This document shows, one piece after another, positions 25,361-39,049 of a DNA stretch of 64,000 nt. Positions within the stretch are counted from its first letter, which is position 1. Each line of letters begins with the position of its first letter. Source of the stretch: Phoronis australis (Eukaryota > Animalia > Phoronida). The stretch lies in the NCBI GenBank assembly GCA_002633005.1, contig NMRA01000087.1:439393-503392 (forward strand). The letters are read 5' to 3'. Under the pieces are notes generated by a model. The model saw only the letters and a program-made list of their open reading frames with translations, had not been told where the DNA came from and did no database searches. Position numbers and translations under genes: made by a program.

Positions 25361-28300
25361 TAGTCGGTGGGCCAGAATTTGTAGGGCCTCTAGAAAATGG
25401 TTTTTGTGAGTACTTTTGGGGGGCAATTTTATTTTGGTGTTATTTAATTCATTTACTAGAGTGTTTTCAAAATCTAAAAAGTTCCCACGTTTAAAGTTGC
25501 ACATTTTTGAGAAATTTGNCACTTCTAGGCATATAGGACGAAATGCTTCGAGTAACTGACCTGTCACTGGCTGAAGGTGTTGTTGTCTTTCTAGAGCCAG
25601 GCATTATCGCTAATATTACGTAAGTAGGTCAATTAATGGCGGACAGGGCGCGGTTATTCCTTCTTCCTCAGGTGCTCTACACACATACTAAATATTCACT
25701 TCTGAAGTGAGTAGCACACAATTTGTCAGCCTCCACGAGGTCACAGTGTTTATCTCTCTCAACCACACCACAAATTTGATGAAAATACTTCACTTGTACA
25801 GTCAAAAGAATCAATTTTCGAGACACAATTCTCACCTTGATGCTTATTATGCGACACCTACTACACACTACTAATATGGTCCCATCAGTGTCATTGTATT
25901 GAACAATAATACACTCAAATTACATAATTCACTATTGTGGATTAATTGTAAACAGTGAAATTTAAAAAATGCAAAGCGACACCTGGTGGCAGAAATGTGA
26001 ACTAAGTCTCAATGTTACTAGAAGGTTATTCTGGCATTGTCTGGCAACAAAAATACCACAGAACACTTGAGAATGGACAAAATGTGTGCCTCAATGACTG
26101 AACCATTGACTGATGGTGTAAAATGTAAAATTGTTTGCATAATATACCAGGAATATGTTATACAGAAACGATGTAGTTGAATGATCTCTGTGAATGTGCC
26201 CACAGAATGTATGTATTTAGTAAGCAGTATGGGGCAAATTCATGACAATGATCAAGTAGGTATTTGCTTAGTTAAAAACTATACTAATAGCTCACACTTT
26301 TTAAGCAAAAAACTATAACGCAATTGGAGAACCCAGTAGTCTATGTACAGTAGATGTCTTATAATATGTCATCTTCATTGTCATCATCATAGTCCAAAGT
26401 AGTGCAGTCAGTGTTACCAGTGTTATTGCAGTTGTCACAACTGCACAATTCTGTGCAGTTTAGGCCAGCATTGCGGCATGAACACAGTTTCCCCACGCAC
26501 ATGTTTTTTCTGCACTTACAGCGTACATCATTTAGAACTGACGACGGAGCTTTGGGCATTGCCATCCATTTAAACTGCAGGGCTCCACCGTCAAGCAGCC
26601 AACCATGGCCGACTGGAGAGGGTGCATGCATGTATGAATGCAGAGCACGTCTGTACACTGCACACTGGTAATTGGCTCTCATACTATGGAAAGTCAAGCA
26701 GTCCTTGTTTGGAGGCAGGCTCGACTCTGCCACATGCTTCATTCGAAATATGTTGTAGCGGGCGGTGTTAACTGATTTGTCAGTTACACCATACAATTGG
26801 CAAACGAATGGTTCAACACATTCCACAACATTTTCACCCATCTCAAATGACTGCCCAAGCTCTTCAAATATTTTTATGTACTGGGGACAGCCCAGCATAA
26901 TTTTCAAAGGCTTCACCTTTCCCTTGCCCCTGAAGGCACTGACAGTGTCGCAGCCAGTGAACACATGCATTCCAAGCAGGGCTTTACATTTGCTCTGGCC
27001 AAGGTGACGTGCGATTTCACTGAGGTTGACTGTCCGTGCGTTTGGACCCACTCCAATGGACATCAGTAGGTGGCATTCGATGTCAGCAGCATAGGCAATG
27101 CCGAGTACCATGTCGTCGGTATCTGGGCTTCTAAGAACAACTTTGCTATGTGTCTGCGATGCATGTTTTGCATGCAACATCATCCTTGTGTCAGCCTGCT
27201 CGTGGTCACATTGAAGTTCCTGCACTTCGTCCACTTTGTTGGTGTCATGATGCCTGTGGATTACGTGGCACTCANCAACTTTGCTATGTGTCTGCGATGC
27301 ATGTTTTGCATGCAACATCATCCTTGTGTCAGCCTCCTCGTGGTCACATTGACGTTCCTGCACTTTGTCCACTTAGTTGGTGTCATGATGCCTGTGGATT
27401 ACGTGGCACTCACTCCCATGGGATACAAACAGCTTTACATTGCCAATGCAAGTAGCCGACTGCCACTGCTCAACCAAGAACTCGAGAAGAATTTCCTTGC
27501 TATTTCCATTTGATAAGAACTTCTTGTATTGCTTCGGCATTTTCTTGTCAGGGCGAGTAATGCGCATTGTATACGCACCTGCTACACATCTCCTATTACG
27601 TTCACAGTTTTTAATGCTGACATCTTGGTACCTATCTGCCACAAAGTCTACCCGTTTACTGTTGTGCAGTGAAGCGATAGACATCAACCGCTGTAGACAT
27701 TCGTGAGCAAAAGAACCAAAAGTATCAGCAGATACTTGCATGCTGTGCAGAAATGCCATTCCATCAACGATCAATGCACTCTCAACTGTAGGTACCTCAT
27801 CACAACCACTGCTCAGTTCCTCAATAGCGTGCATCAGTTTGGCTTTGTCGGTTTTAACATTGTAGCCCTCGTAAGTAGTAATAGAGCTAGGTACTGCACT
27901 CAGACTGTAAGACAGAAGTTCCTTGACATCTACATCCCGGGTCTTTCCCACTATCAATAACCGCCCAAACAATTCTGAGCTTGTTTTCAGAGACATACTC
28001 TCAGATTTTTGCTTTGTCACTGTTTTACGCGTGTGGTTTGCTGCAAAAGTTTTCAGCTTCATTTGTTTAATTGGCTTGTGAAAATCAACATCTCCACCAT
28101 TTAACAGTCTCTCGTTACAAAAAGCTTCAGCGGCAGCAGATCCCAAATCATATGCATGTTCAAGGTCAAACCTTATACTCGGTGTNCGCACCTGCTACAC
28201 ATCTCCTATTACGTTCACAGTTTTTAATGCTGACATCTTGGTACCTATCTGCCACAAAGTCTACCCGTTTACTGTTGTGCAGTGAAGCGATAGACATCAA

Positions 28301-31300
28301 TCGCTGTAGACATTCGTGAGCAAACGAACCAAAAGTATCAGCATGCTGTGCAGAAATGCCATTCCATCAACGATCAATGCACTCTCAACTGTAGGTACCT
28401 CATCACAACCACTGGTCAGTTCCTCAATAGCGTGCATCAGTTTGGCTTTGTCGGTTTTAACATTGTAGCCCTCGTAAGTAGCAATAGAGCTAGGTACTGC
28501 ACTCAGAATGTAAGACAGAAGCTCCTTGACATCTACATCCCGGGTCTTTCCCACTATCAATAACCGCCCAAACAACTCTGAGCTTGTTTTCAGAGACATA
28601 CTCTCAGATTTTTGCTTTGTCACTGTTTTACGCGTGTGGTTTGCTGCAAAAGTTTTCAGCTTCATTTATTTAATTGGCTTGTGAAAATCAACATCTCCAC
28701 CATTTAACAGTATCTCGTTACAAAAAGCTTCAGCGGCAGCAGATCCCAAATCATATGCATGTTCAAGGTCAAACCTTATACTCGGTGTACCAGTTGACGA
28801 GACATCTTCTGCAACAATACCTGAGGACACATTAATCAAATCATCTCCCTCATATGTAAAGGGGTCCACAAGTGATTGTATTACAGCTTGAATAGAATCA
28901 ATCGAAGCTTCATCCTTGGTGATTGCTGAAGCATCAAGGTCTTTACAGACTTGAGCAGAGGACACTCGACCAGACATATCTTTACATGCAACAGATATGG
29001 CAACCCTGTCATGGTGCGATAGAATCCATCTGTTGACAGCACCTTTAAAAAATACATAAATACATGAGATTTGTGTTTGNAACAGATATGGCAGCCCTGT
29101 CATGGTGCGATAGAATCCATCTGTTGACAGCACCTTTAAAAAATACATAAATACATGTGATTTGTGTTTGAAGTAACTTTCTACCTTCACTGCAATTTCA
29201 AATCAACTTACTTAGCATTTCATGTTTTTATCACAATAATACACAAACTAAAACTGATACACGCAAACGTTGTGGGTAAAGGAAAGTTATGGTTTTCAAA
29301 AAAGCATACTTTCAATCAGTCATTTTTCATTTAAATCTCACATAGTACTCCATTTAATTAATTTCGGCAGACATCCAATTGCTTGTAGTTAATTTAAGAA
29401 AACTTTAAAATCATATTTAAACATTGCCACACTACTGGTATTAATTTTCACCTGTTTAGAGGCACTAGTAGTTTTTAATGCCTTTTAGCAATAATCAAAT
29501 ACCTTTGTTTAAAGTGAACCCAGTCATTCCTCCTTTAGTTTTCGAATCTCTGTTAATGGTCTGTTCAATTAGCTGGTCAAAAGCAATGGCACAGAATCCA
29601 TAGTTTGTGTGTTGTTGGACGCTGAATACCTTGTAGACAAGTTCACTGTTGACGTCGGGATGGGTCGCTGGCAAAGAGGACATCTCAGCTAGGTATACAG
29701 GCAGGTATCTTGCATAGTTAACTCGATCATAGGCAAAGTACCAAGGCAGCATTGCATGCAGTACTGCTAAATGTAGTCCCCAAATACCCTCTCGTGTGGC
29801 TCGTATGACCTGCAGCAACAATCCCACCATGTCCAGATACGATGACCAAAAGTCAAATGTGGGACTGTTCTGTCGTTTATGCAACACATACTCTGAATAG
29901 TGACTTAGGACAGTCAATACATGATCTTCCTCCAGCAAACCAAGAAATGCTGGTGATGCACCTACAGAGTTAAGCTGGCCTGCGACTGCAAATACTTCTT
30001 CTCGTCCCTCCTCAGTCAGATAACTGGCAAAAGACTTCCATCTGAGCCGCTGTAAAGCCTAAAAGAAAAAAACAAGTTACCGCATTCTGTTAAAACGTCC
30101 TTTTGTTTAGAAGTAATTGATTTATGCCACATATTCAATGTATACAAGCAATCTAAGAGCAAGTTATCGCTGTTCAACAAAATGTTAAAACGCTTAGCTT
30201 ACTGCACCTGTGATAAAATCTGTGTGCCAAATCACAAAACTTAATTCAATTAGTTGACGCTTTCTTAATTAATGGAAATCTACAAACCTCAAACAAGAGC
30301 TTGTGTGCCAACATGCATCTGTTATAGTTGTGGCCAGACATCACCCCATTCATGGATCCAGGTGCAACCACTTCAGCTTCAATCCAAATGTCTTCTAGAC
30401 CAGAGTACTCAAATCGTTTCGCGATGATAGCCAGAAATGACATGGCAGTGTGAAAGTCACCCAAGCGAATCACAAGTTTCTTTTGAAAGATTGGGTTTTG
30501 CCACCTGATGCGTTGAGCTTTAGCATTTATGGCCTAGTCAAACACTACAACAAGGCTATCAAGCTTCAGCTCATCGGCTATAGCAACACTTCTCAATAGA
30601 ATGGTATACACTNTGAAAGTCACCCAAGCGAATCACAAGTTTCTTTTGAAAGATTGGGTTTTGCCACCTGATGCGTTGAGCTTTAGCATACATGTATATG
30701 GCCTGGTCAAACACTACAACAAGGCTATCAAGCTTCAGCTCATCGGCTATAGCAACACTTCTCAATAGAATGGTATACACTGTAGACATTTCAGTGGGAC
30801 TAGCATCAATAACAGGCAAATAGCCAACTTTGGACACATCATGTATGTCAACAGATTTAATTAGTCTGTTGAACCCAGCCCAGCCAGGTAGCTTTTCACC
30901 TACTACCTCAGGTAGCTTTGACAGGCAAAATGCAGTCTCTGTCAAATTCTGGTGTGCAGTCACTGATGGAATAAACGTAAGTGCATCACTACGGGGAGAA
31001 CCACTTTTTTCTCTACTCGAGTAATCTTCAATCATCTTTGGGGGAAGGTTGCAAGTTCTTTTTTTCGACTTCTTTACAAAAACTCCTTGTCTTTCGGATG
31101 GAGCTATTTCCTGGTGTTCCTGCTGTNGTCAGACTGAAAGTCTTTGGCAGTAGGTGGCCAAACAGTAACACCTTCACAATCTTTTACATAATTTCTTAAA
31201 ATAAGTGCAGACCTGTACGACTCACGCCGGATGTCTGGAGATGAGTCCACAACTTTGACGTCGTGCACACTTTCGTCACCACTGCTGCTACCCTCGGATT

Positions 31301-33227
31301 CATAATAATCGGCAAGTGAATCATTAAACGCTAGCACCAGTTCACTTTCATACCTTTTACTAGGTCGTACAAACTGCAGCTGTGGGTACAGTTTCAACAG
31401 ACGTTTTTTAAGATTTCCTGTCCAAATACTTTCACGCACTCCAGCTTTCTCAAGCATAGCTTCAAATTCTCGCTTAAGTTTGGTAAGGCGGATGACTTCC
31501 CCATGTGTCAGAAGCTTCATTTCAATAAAATCCACACAAAACTGTTTGAAAACTTCACAGAAAAGTGGGGATTCTCCACTTGTCTGGTCTTTCACGATCT
31601 TTGTCAGGGTTCTCGTTAACTTTTTGTAACAGGATCTATGATATTTAGCTTCCAAAGCCACAAGGTCTTTATCTTTAAATATAAAGTGCAGATTCATGTC
31701 CCCAGACTGCGCTGCTGCTTGCGATGCAAGTCCATCTGAAAAACGTGAACTATTAACACTAATTTAACATTTAAAGTATTTTCATGCTCCTAACTATGTT
31801 AATGTATAGCAGGAACTAAACGACAGTGCTATTTGAATATCGTCTTCACTAATTGAAGTGCAGTTTTATTCGTTGACAACTTGTAGATGTGAAAACAAAT
31901 AGTTGGCCTTTGCACTAATGACAAACCTTGTGGCTCATATAGCCTGCATCATGCGTCACGATATTTACTGGACACCGCTTAGTGACTTAAAAGTAGATCA
32001 TTTTTGACACAAAACTCATTCTTAAAAACATTTTGCAATTTTCAACATAATTCGTATTCACATCATCCCCGTATGTGATGTTTTGATCTAAATTTACCAA
32101 GTAATCCCAAAGATAATGAATTAGAATGTAAGTTCCACTTTAATATTGTGTTGATCTGCAAATTTTTCAGTTGGGCTGACTAAACCTTGATCAACCACCA
32201 GCCTAACATGTTTGCACGCCGTCTGATCTGTCGCCTAAAAATGTTCATTTCAACAATTAAACCTTTCCAAAAATGGGCACGAGTTTTCCAGATTAAAGAA
32301 GCAATCTTCATAATTAATTGCCAAATCCAGTTAGCATTTTGAACAAGCAATGGTCAATACTTGTAACATAGGGAAATCTAAAACACAAACCTGGTGATAA
32401 TAGTGAACACACTAGAACACAAAAAATAAAATGTATTTTACAAAATTACATACCTGTTATATACTCAAAGCTAGAAAGGTGTTCTTTCCTTCTCTTTCTA
32501 GAAATGCTGTCTACAACATATTTTTCTTGTTGTCAAATAACACACTCGGCTGGCAGAATGTATGAACTTCTGGTGGTTGGTTTTTGTAGTTCCGATTTGG
32601 AAAGTCTCATTGATTTCCTTGGTTTTTCAGGGTTAACGTCTGTGACACTTTTATCTTCTTCATTTTTAGCACAACTGTTGGTTTCCAGAAACTTCGCTGT
32701 GCGCTTCTTAGCGCGGTCAATTTTTGTCCTGTCTGTTATCCTTCTATAGCAAGATATATGATATTTCAATGGAGTAAAGCTCCTGTTTTCTTGCATAAAT
32801 TTCTGACACACTTCCTTTTCTTTGCCGTCTAAACTGGTCCATTGAGCTGCACATTCTTTTAACTTTTCCCAAGATGCTTTTGTAAACTTATTCAGCTTCT
32901 GATATTCACAATTTATTGTCATTTCACAAACGTGAATAATGCAGGCATCTCCCGCCGTGGGAGCTGCCACATTGAAGTCATTCAGCACAACAACACAATC
33001 TGGCTCTGTGATTGGTCAAATTGAACGAGAAGCTCTACCTGGTGGCAAAAATGTGTAGAATATTTCTTGCAACAAAAACGCTTTTTTTAAAAAAATGTGC
33101 AACTGTAGACGTGGGAACTTTTTGGAATTTGATTTATTGGTATATTATCTAGCCATACAGAAAAAACCAGGTTGCCCCCCGAAAGTACTCACAAGGATGA
33201 ACGCTACGAGATCTGGCCCACCGACTA
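25361..33227 (-). mobile_element. Academ superfamily DNA transposon (XPG-type), near full length, defective
   Basis: Perfect 16-bp terminal inverted match TAGTCGGTGGGCCAGA / TCTGGCCCACCGACTA; further subterminal inverted motifs (TGTGAGTACTTT.GGGGGCAA and AAAAAGTTCCCACGT.TA.AGTTGCACATTTTT); 3-bp TSD AGA at 25358-25360 and 33228-33230; encodes transposase, XPG-like nuclease and Cys-rich tail. Confidence 0.9.
26359..32990 (-). pseudogene. Academ transposase gene: transposase region (VFDQAIY, RLGDFH, YARY, DQLIEQT), XPG/FEN1-like nuclease (IVDGMA, HEEADTR, SPDTD, TGCDT), C-terminal Cys cluster
   Basis: ORF pieces in the expected order; GT-AG introns at about 31736-32453, 30059-30287 and 29043-29502; in-frame TGA at 32533-32535; middle portion missing at the n join at 31126. 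Confidence 0.85.
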
Positions 33228-34238
33228 AGAGTGATATATGGTTTCAATAATCATGTTAGTCTTGAAACGTGAAGGTTTTTTACATTTTGAACATGACTGG
33301 GATCTCGCTTGCATGAGAAGACACTGATATGGCTGGAAACATTTCAATGTGCAGGAAAGGCACACTGCATTGTCGCCACGAGTCTGCACCGCCTTGTCGG
33401 TTCTCTAATTGAGAGCAGACGATCTTCAATTTTCCAGTGTTTAAGGACATGATATTGCAAAAATAGCAACGGAATTTGTTCCCCATGATCAACAGTTGAC
33501 AATGACGATGATCGTAAATATCTGCGTACTTCGTACCAGGCCTATTTTCTGTCTTAGCTTAGATCGATTTTGATATTAATTTTGGTTTTAAGAAATTTCT
33601 TGAAACGGGTCAAAGTCACTTTGATCTTAAGTCAGCCTGATTTCGGTCTAAGTTAATACAAAAAAACTGTCATGAAACGATTTAGGTCTCATTGGTGAAG
33701 CTGTGTTTCACTTAGCTCAATCTTAGTATTCTTTCGTGTGTTGATGCTGTGTGTTAATAAATAAAAAATGATATAAAACAACAGTGCCTTTTTCAATGCC
33801 AATCAAACTACGAATAATTCTCATGTCAGCAGATTTCCTTCGCCTTAAACATCTTTATTGTTTTGTGTTGTATTTTCAGGTTTGAAGTGGCCCACAGGTC
33901 TTGTCGCTTTTTTGAATGTTAATTTGGTTTTATTTATAGTCAAGATTACAGCTAACGTCACTACCCTGCACTGCCTGTTGACACGTGTTGATAAATGATA
34001 TAAATCAATGGTGTCTTTTCTCAATGCCAATCAAACCACACCAATAAATCTCCCAGATATCCGTTTTATTTGAAGGTTTCGCCTTTTTTCTGTCAACTAC
34101 TATAAATTAATCATTCATTTGACACGAATTGTTTACACTAACACCATTGAAAACAAAGGAATTGCGACAATATGCTATTTTCTTCACGTGCTTATCACTG
34201 GGGGCCATGTTTTTCCGGCACCTGAAAAGGTGCTTTAA

Positions 34239-34710
34239 AGTGTCCCTACAATGGATTTTTGCAACTTGTGAGGTTTAAGACCGTGTATGATATTTTTTTA
34301 CACACAACTGAACTAAACAGGCACTTATCAAGTTGGGGAAAATTGAGGAATTTTGAACTTTATAGAAAAGTTGATGATTTTTTGGTTTCCCGCAGTTTGG
34401 AAGACGTTAATAAATTGACAGTATAAATGCAATGACCGATAGCAGTAATTTTGTACGTTACGAAGATTTGGAGAGCGAGCTTGATGAGTATTATGAAGAC
34501 AAGTATAGAGATGCGGGTGAAGACGACACACAGGTCTTAGGTGAAACGGGTAATGAGTTAGACCTCTCCATATCGACAGACTTTGCGTGTTTCAGGCCGT
34601 ACGGACTCGACCCTCCCGCACTGGCGTCTTCGGCGAGTGAAGCCGACTCGAATCCTGCTCAGTTTGCGTACAATCCTGATTTCAGAGTGGAAATAATAAC
34701 CTGTCATTGA
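34239..34710 (+). mobile_element. Probable Kolobok fragment with an acidic KolX-like N-terminal ORF
   Basis: TTAA-AGTGTCCC start; ORF 34432-34710 is acidic with FRPYGLDP, resembling the PY-x-F-E-P motif; other end not found. Confidence 0.4.
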
Positions 34711-35351
34711 ATCACGATTTCATTTTCTAACATTTTTGGTGTCGAGTAATACATGTATGTGTATCGATCTGTAAATCTAACCGAAGTTTCTACCCTGACC
34801 GTCAGAGGTCACTCGCGAAGGAGCGGACACTGATTTTTCGTTTGTCAGAAACGACCATATCTAATTAAGGTGATGCTAACGGGATTTTATTTCTGGTAAA
34901 TGACACTCGCTTTTGTCTTATCTGATGCAAAATTATGAAAGTTTTGCACCGTTGTAATTCGTCGAATATTTCAATCCAGTGTCCGATTCCAGCCTCTGTG
35001 CCGGCTGTGGTCGTGACCACAACCTACATTTACTTGCGTGGCATGTACATCCCATTTTTTACTATTGGGCATTGACGTACTTTTATGTGGATATCATGCA
35101 TTCCCACAAAATATTGAACAGCAATAGACTGGTTGCAATCACATTTCAATATGTGCCCTTCAACTGATCGCTTGCTGCATCGTGTACTGCCATGCCCGTG
35201 TCTGACGCGCAGACCTGTGCCATTTCTGGGCGATCATTGGGTCTTTTAGAAGGGCAAAAAAGTGGAATATTGTCGGTCCGATTGCTATCACTGCATCCTC
35301 CATAAAAAATAACAAAATATTTTGCGGTGTGTAAGCTTACGAAATTCTTAC

Positions 35352-35462
35352 CACAGTTCGTTTCGTCCGCCATATCAAAAGGACAGTCAGTAAACCCATC
35401 GCAGGCACGGTGTTTGGCAATGCAAATTCCTGATCCGCACTGAAATTCGTCATTTTTACATT
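35352..35462 (-). CDS. LDL-receptor class A exon (CKNDEFQCGSGICI...ACDGFTDCPFDMADETNC)
   Basis: tttcag and gtaaga; 111 bp, phase 1-1; six Cys. Confidence 0.9.
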
Positions 35463-36250
35463 CTGAAACAAATAAATGGTAAAATTACAATGGATGACGT
35501 GAAATTCATAATAGAGAGTCATTTTGACGTCGCTCGACTTGTGTTGTCTCATAACTACATTAAGCACACATCGAAAAGAGGAAGTTGCAGTCGCGATCTT
35601 CATTAACGATTGTAAACTTCTTCAAAATGACACCTACCGCATGATGTCTCGTCGGAGTGGTCAAGGCACTCGACAATTCCGTTGCATTCTGACTTTGATG
35701 GAACGCAGACGCCTGCTGTGTTGCATCTGAACTGGTCTTCACGACACGCTGTGGATTTCAAGCAGAACACGACTTGGTATAATCTGGATAATTTATCTTC
35801 TAGGTTTTCACAAAAGTCATATCATTTCAGTCCTGCTCACTTTCATTTTCTTGCTACAAATAATTAAAGTTTAAACTCAGTTGTAGAAAGCAGTTTTCCC
35901 GCATTAACCTCTCAGATGATTAAAGTACTGCGGTCCCGCCAACATTACTCGCGGCTTTTCAGATTTTCAATGGCTGCACTTGATTGACTTTGCTGGTTCC
36001 ATCAATGCTTTTGATCCGGCGAAACCAGTTAAGCCAAGCAAGTGCAGTCATTGAAGCTCTGGTTACTCTTCAGGAGACTCGACATAACCTTGCAACTTAA
36101 AACCTTTATAAATTATTCAAAACTCGTTTTCGCACAGTGCCAATCTAAAATTATACCCTTGACATTAGTTAGACAATTTTGGTTTGTACTGGGGGGCAGT
36201 TTTGTTGGGCTGTCAGAATGGATAAGTTGCTGATTTGGAGATGGTCTTAC

Positions 36251-36367
36251 CACAGTTCCTCGGTTCGTCACTTCCGTCCTGGCAATGTTTTCGCCCGTCG
36301 CACCAGACATCTGCAGGGGTCACCTCGAATTCTATACATTGCCCGTCGGCGCATTGGTTTACGCAAG
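36251..36367 (-). CDS. LDL-receptor class A exon (CVNQCADGQCI...WCDGRKHCQDGSDEPRNC)
   Basis: ggtag and gtaaga; 117 bp, phase 1-1; DGSDE. Confidence 0.9.
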
Positions 36368-38258
36368 CTACCAAAATGTGAAGAACAGAACTATCTTCCA
36401 ATACATGGCTCGACACTAACGGACCTGACGTCGCCGACAAAAGGCGTGCGTTTCGCAGGCGCGAGAACCTCGCCAGAACGCTAAACAACACAAGGCGCAG
36501 TACGGTATCACCATTACAACCGATCACTTGACCACACGACCCTCTTTCGGAAGATTCTTGCGTCTACGAAACACGGCCAAGGCAATTTTCGTTGTTGGGC
36601 AGTATATAACTCGTCAAACTGGATTGTTCAGATCGTTTTTGCGCATCAGAATTTGGAGTTGTTATCTTTGCACACCCTCACAGATGATCTGACCCGATTA
36701 ATGAACCGCATGGAAAAACATTCGACACAAAAATGTACATTGCATTGTTTTCCAATTGAAGCACTTGATTTTTGCCGGTTCCGCCGGGTCAATCGGCTAA
36801 GACATGTGACATGGTTCTCGATAACGACTTCCGGTTTGTACACCAATCAAATTTCTTATCCAGTTGACCCGGTGGAACCAGCGAACTCAATCAAGTGCAG
36901 CCAATATATTGGTGCCATAAATATGTTAGCAGTGACCCAGTGACTCAGACACGGTTGGAGAAGAGGAGTATTTGCATGGAGATAGTTGAGTCACATTTAC
37001 TCAAACACGTATTTTGGGAATTACAAAGCAACTTTTGTTAACATGATTTGCTAACTCAATGTAATAAATTTTCAAACCATTTTGAGGACTACTTGGCAGT
37101 GTTAACGAGTGAATGGCAAAATATTATATAGCAACTGCGACATACTGTCAAACCTAGAGAAGGGGCGTCTAAGACAAGTTAAAGTGCTGTCTAGCGCACG
37201 TCTGTAAAACGTCACCGCAATTTTGAAATATGTTCAATGATTGAGTGTTGCTCAGATTTTTGTTCGTTTCAATCTTTCGGATCTTAGTTTAACAGCATTC
37301 AATGTATCTCCAATTGATTTCTAAAATGTTTTGTTTCAAACTTTCTACATCCGCCTACATTTTTGTTCTTTCGTTTTAGTTACAAAATTTTTGTTATTCT
37401 TACGATAATTAGTGACAGTCTCTTGAAGATAGAGTCTTGCTTTAGAACATCTGTTGAAAACATTGAACGTAACACGTGGTTGGAAAGAATAGTCGAATAG
37501 TCACACTTGTCAGACATACATGTATGAGCATCACTAGCATGCGAATGTAACGTAACTACATGTAATTGTATTTGTAAAACAAATTGATGACATATTCTGC
37601 AAGATTTTGTCACAATTTAGGTCTGGGATTCACTGTTCTCGTTTCAAAGCACGTGATCGCGGACACTGGTCTGCAAAATGCATTCTGACAGTACAAACTG
37701 GATCGTTGCTCGGTTTCTACTTATCCCTTTGGTCAATAAGCGTAAGCCCGGTGAACAGAAAGAAATGTGATTTCGTCATCCTGGTACAAAATTTCTAACG
37801 TTTCATTTCCTACACATATTTCACTGAAGACACGACTTTGAAAGATCTGAAATTAAACTCGTAAAAACAGATCAAAGTCGTGTCTTCAATGAAATATGTA
37901 TACGAGAAAGATTACTGCCAAATTATAGTGATTTCGTTTGATATAGGAATGTTTAGCATGACGTCATTATGACGTTTTCGACCCAGTGTGATGGCATGTC
38001 TAATTTTATTTCCCAGTTCAAACTGCGTCATCTACTCATGATACGTCATCACTAAACATCCCATTGGCCCATTTACCTACAGACCTATCCTGAAATAGCC
38101 ACTAATCGCGAGGTACAGTACGTGTATTTGCCCGCAATACAACACGTGTAAAGCACTTGCACTGCTCTTTCTCATGCAAATGTAGTAGTAACCATGTCAT
38201 CAGCTCATGTGATGTAATTCACGTTTGCAATTGAGGGCGAGCCTATTGACCAACTTAC

Positions 38259-38441
38259 TGCACTTTAATGGACTGTCGCTCCACCTTCCGGTCTTCAGGC
38301 ATGTTATGACTGCGGCGCCATTCTGCGGCTTGTATCCCCGGCGGCAGGTAAAATTCACAGTGTCGCCATAGGTGTAGTTTGGCGATAAAGATGAAGCAGT
38401 CACCGACGAGTTGTTATACTTTGGCATTTGGCACAGTTTAT
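38259..38441 (-). CDS. CCP/sushi domain exon (C..P...YGDTVNFTC..GY.....ITC...G.WS...KC)
   Basis: tctag and gtaagt; 183 bp, phase 1-1; four Cys plus the conserved Trp. Confidence 0.9.
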
Positions 38442-39049
38442 CTAGAAAGTTGTACGTCATACCAAGTGTAAAACCTCGTTAATATCACACTGAAATTGGA
38501 CGCAAGATGATCTAGGTGCAAGTCGTGGATCCACAGGTGCCTGTGTGAACGTGATTTGACCCGAACTACCTTAGCAATGCACTTTTTCTACTTCAAGTTG
38601 TTCCAGGTACAACTATGCTCAAGGCGCTACGTAAATCAATACGTGACAAATTGGGAGTAAGCCAAGAACAATTTGCGCCCAGCCGAAATTATTTAAGTGA
38701 TCACGTGGTACACCTGTAAATTGCTGGAGACCAGACACTCCATCCATGTTAATTTTGAACCTGTTTACAAGATAACCCAATACCATGCGCAGACGAATTC
38801 GAATTTCTTAGTTCGCATCAACAAAGTGTTAAGAAACATTCACGGAATCGAAGACATTTTTGGCTTGCAAGATTATAATATTTGATCTTATTGATTTCTC
38901 ACGCAGTGAGAACCCCTTGATGCAGTCGTTTAGAATGAAAAAAGCTCTACGATTTAGAAGAAGGATGCTGATAATGTTATGTAGGACCGTATTGACTTGT
39001 CAATTATCTATACGCTAAAGATTTTAGTTCGTAAAAGTATGTTATTTCT

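Larger units (their letters stand above)
25100..33685. mobile_element. Older non-autonomous DNA element (CCCGTTTCATGAA-type ends) split by the Academ insertion
   Basis: CGTTTCATGAA twice at about 25105 and 25213, mirrored by TTCTTGAAACG and TCATGAAACG at about 33600 and 33670. Confidence 0.5.

Noticed and set aside
27130-30780. Apparent internal tandem duplications in the Academ gene (repeated HEEADTR, MKLKTFAAN and RLGDF blocks)
   Set aside because: Each duplication abuts a single n join (about 27275, 28187, 29080, 30613) and the copies are near-identical; most likely unmerged contig overlaps or haplotypes, not domain repeats
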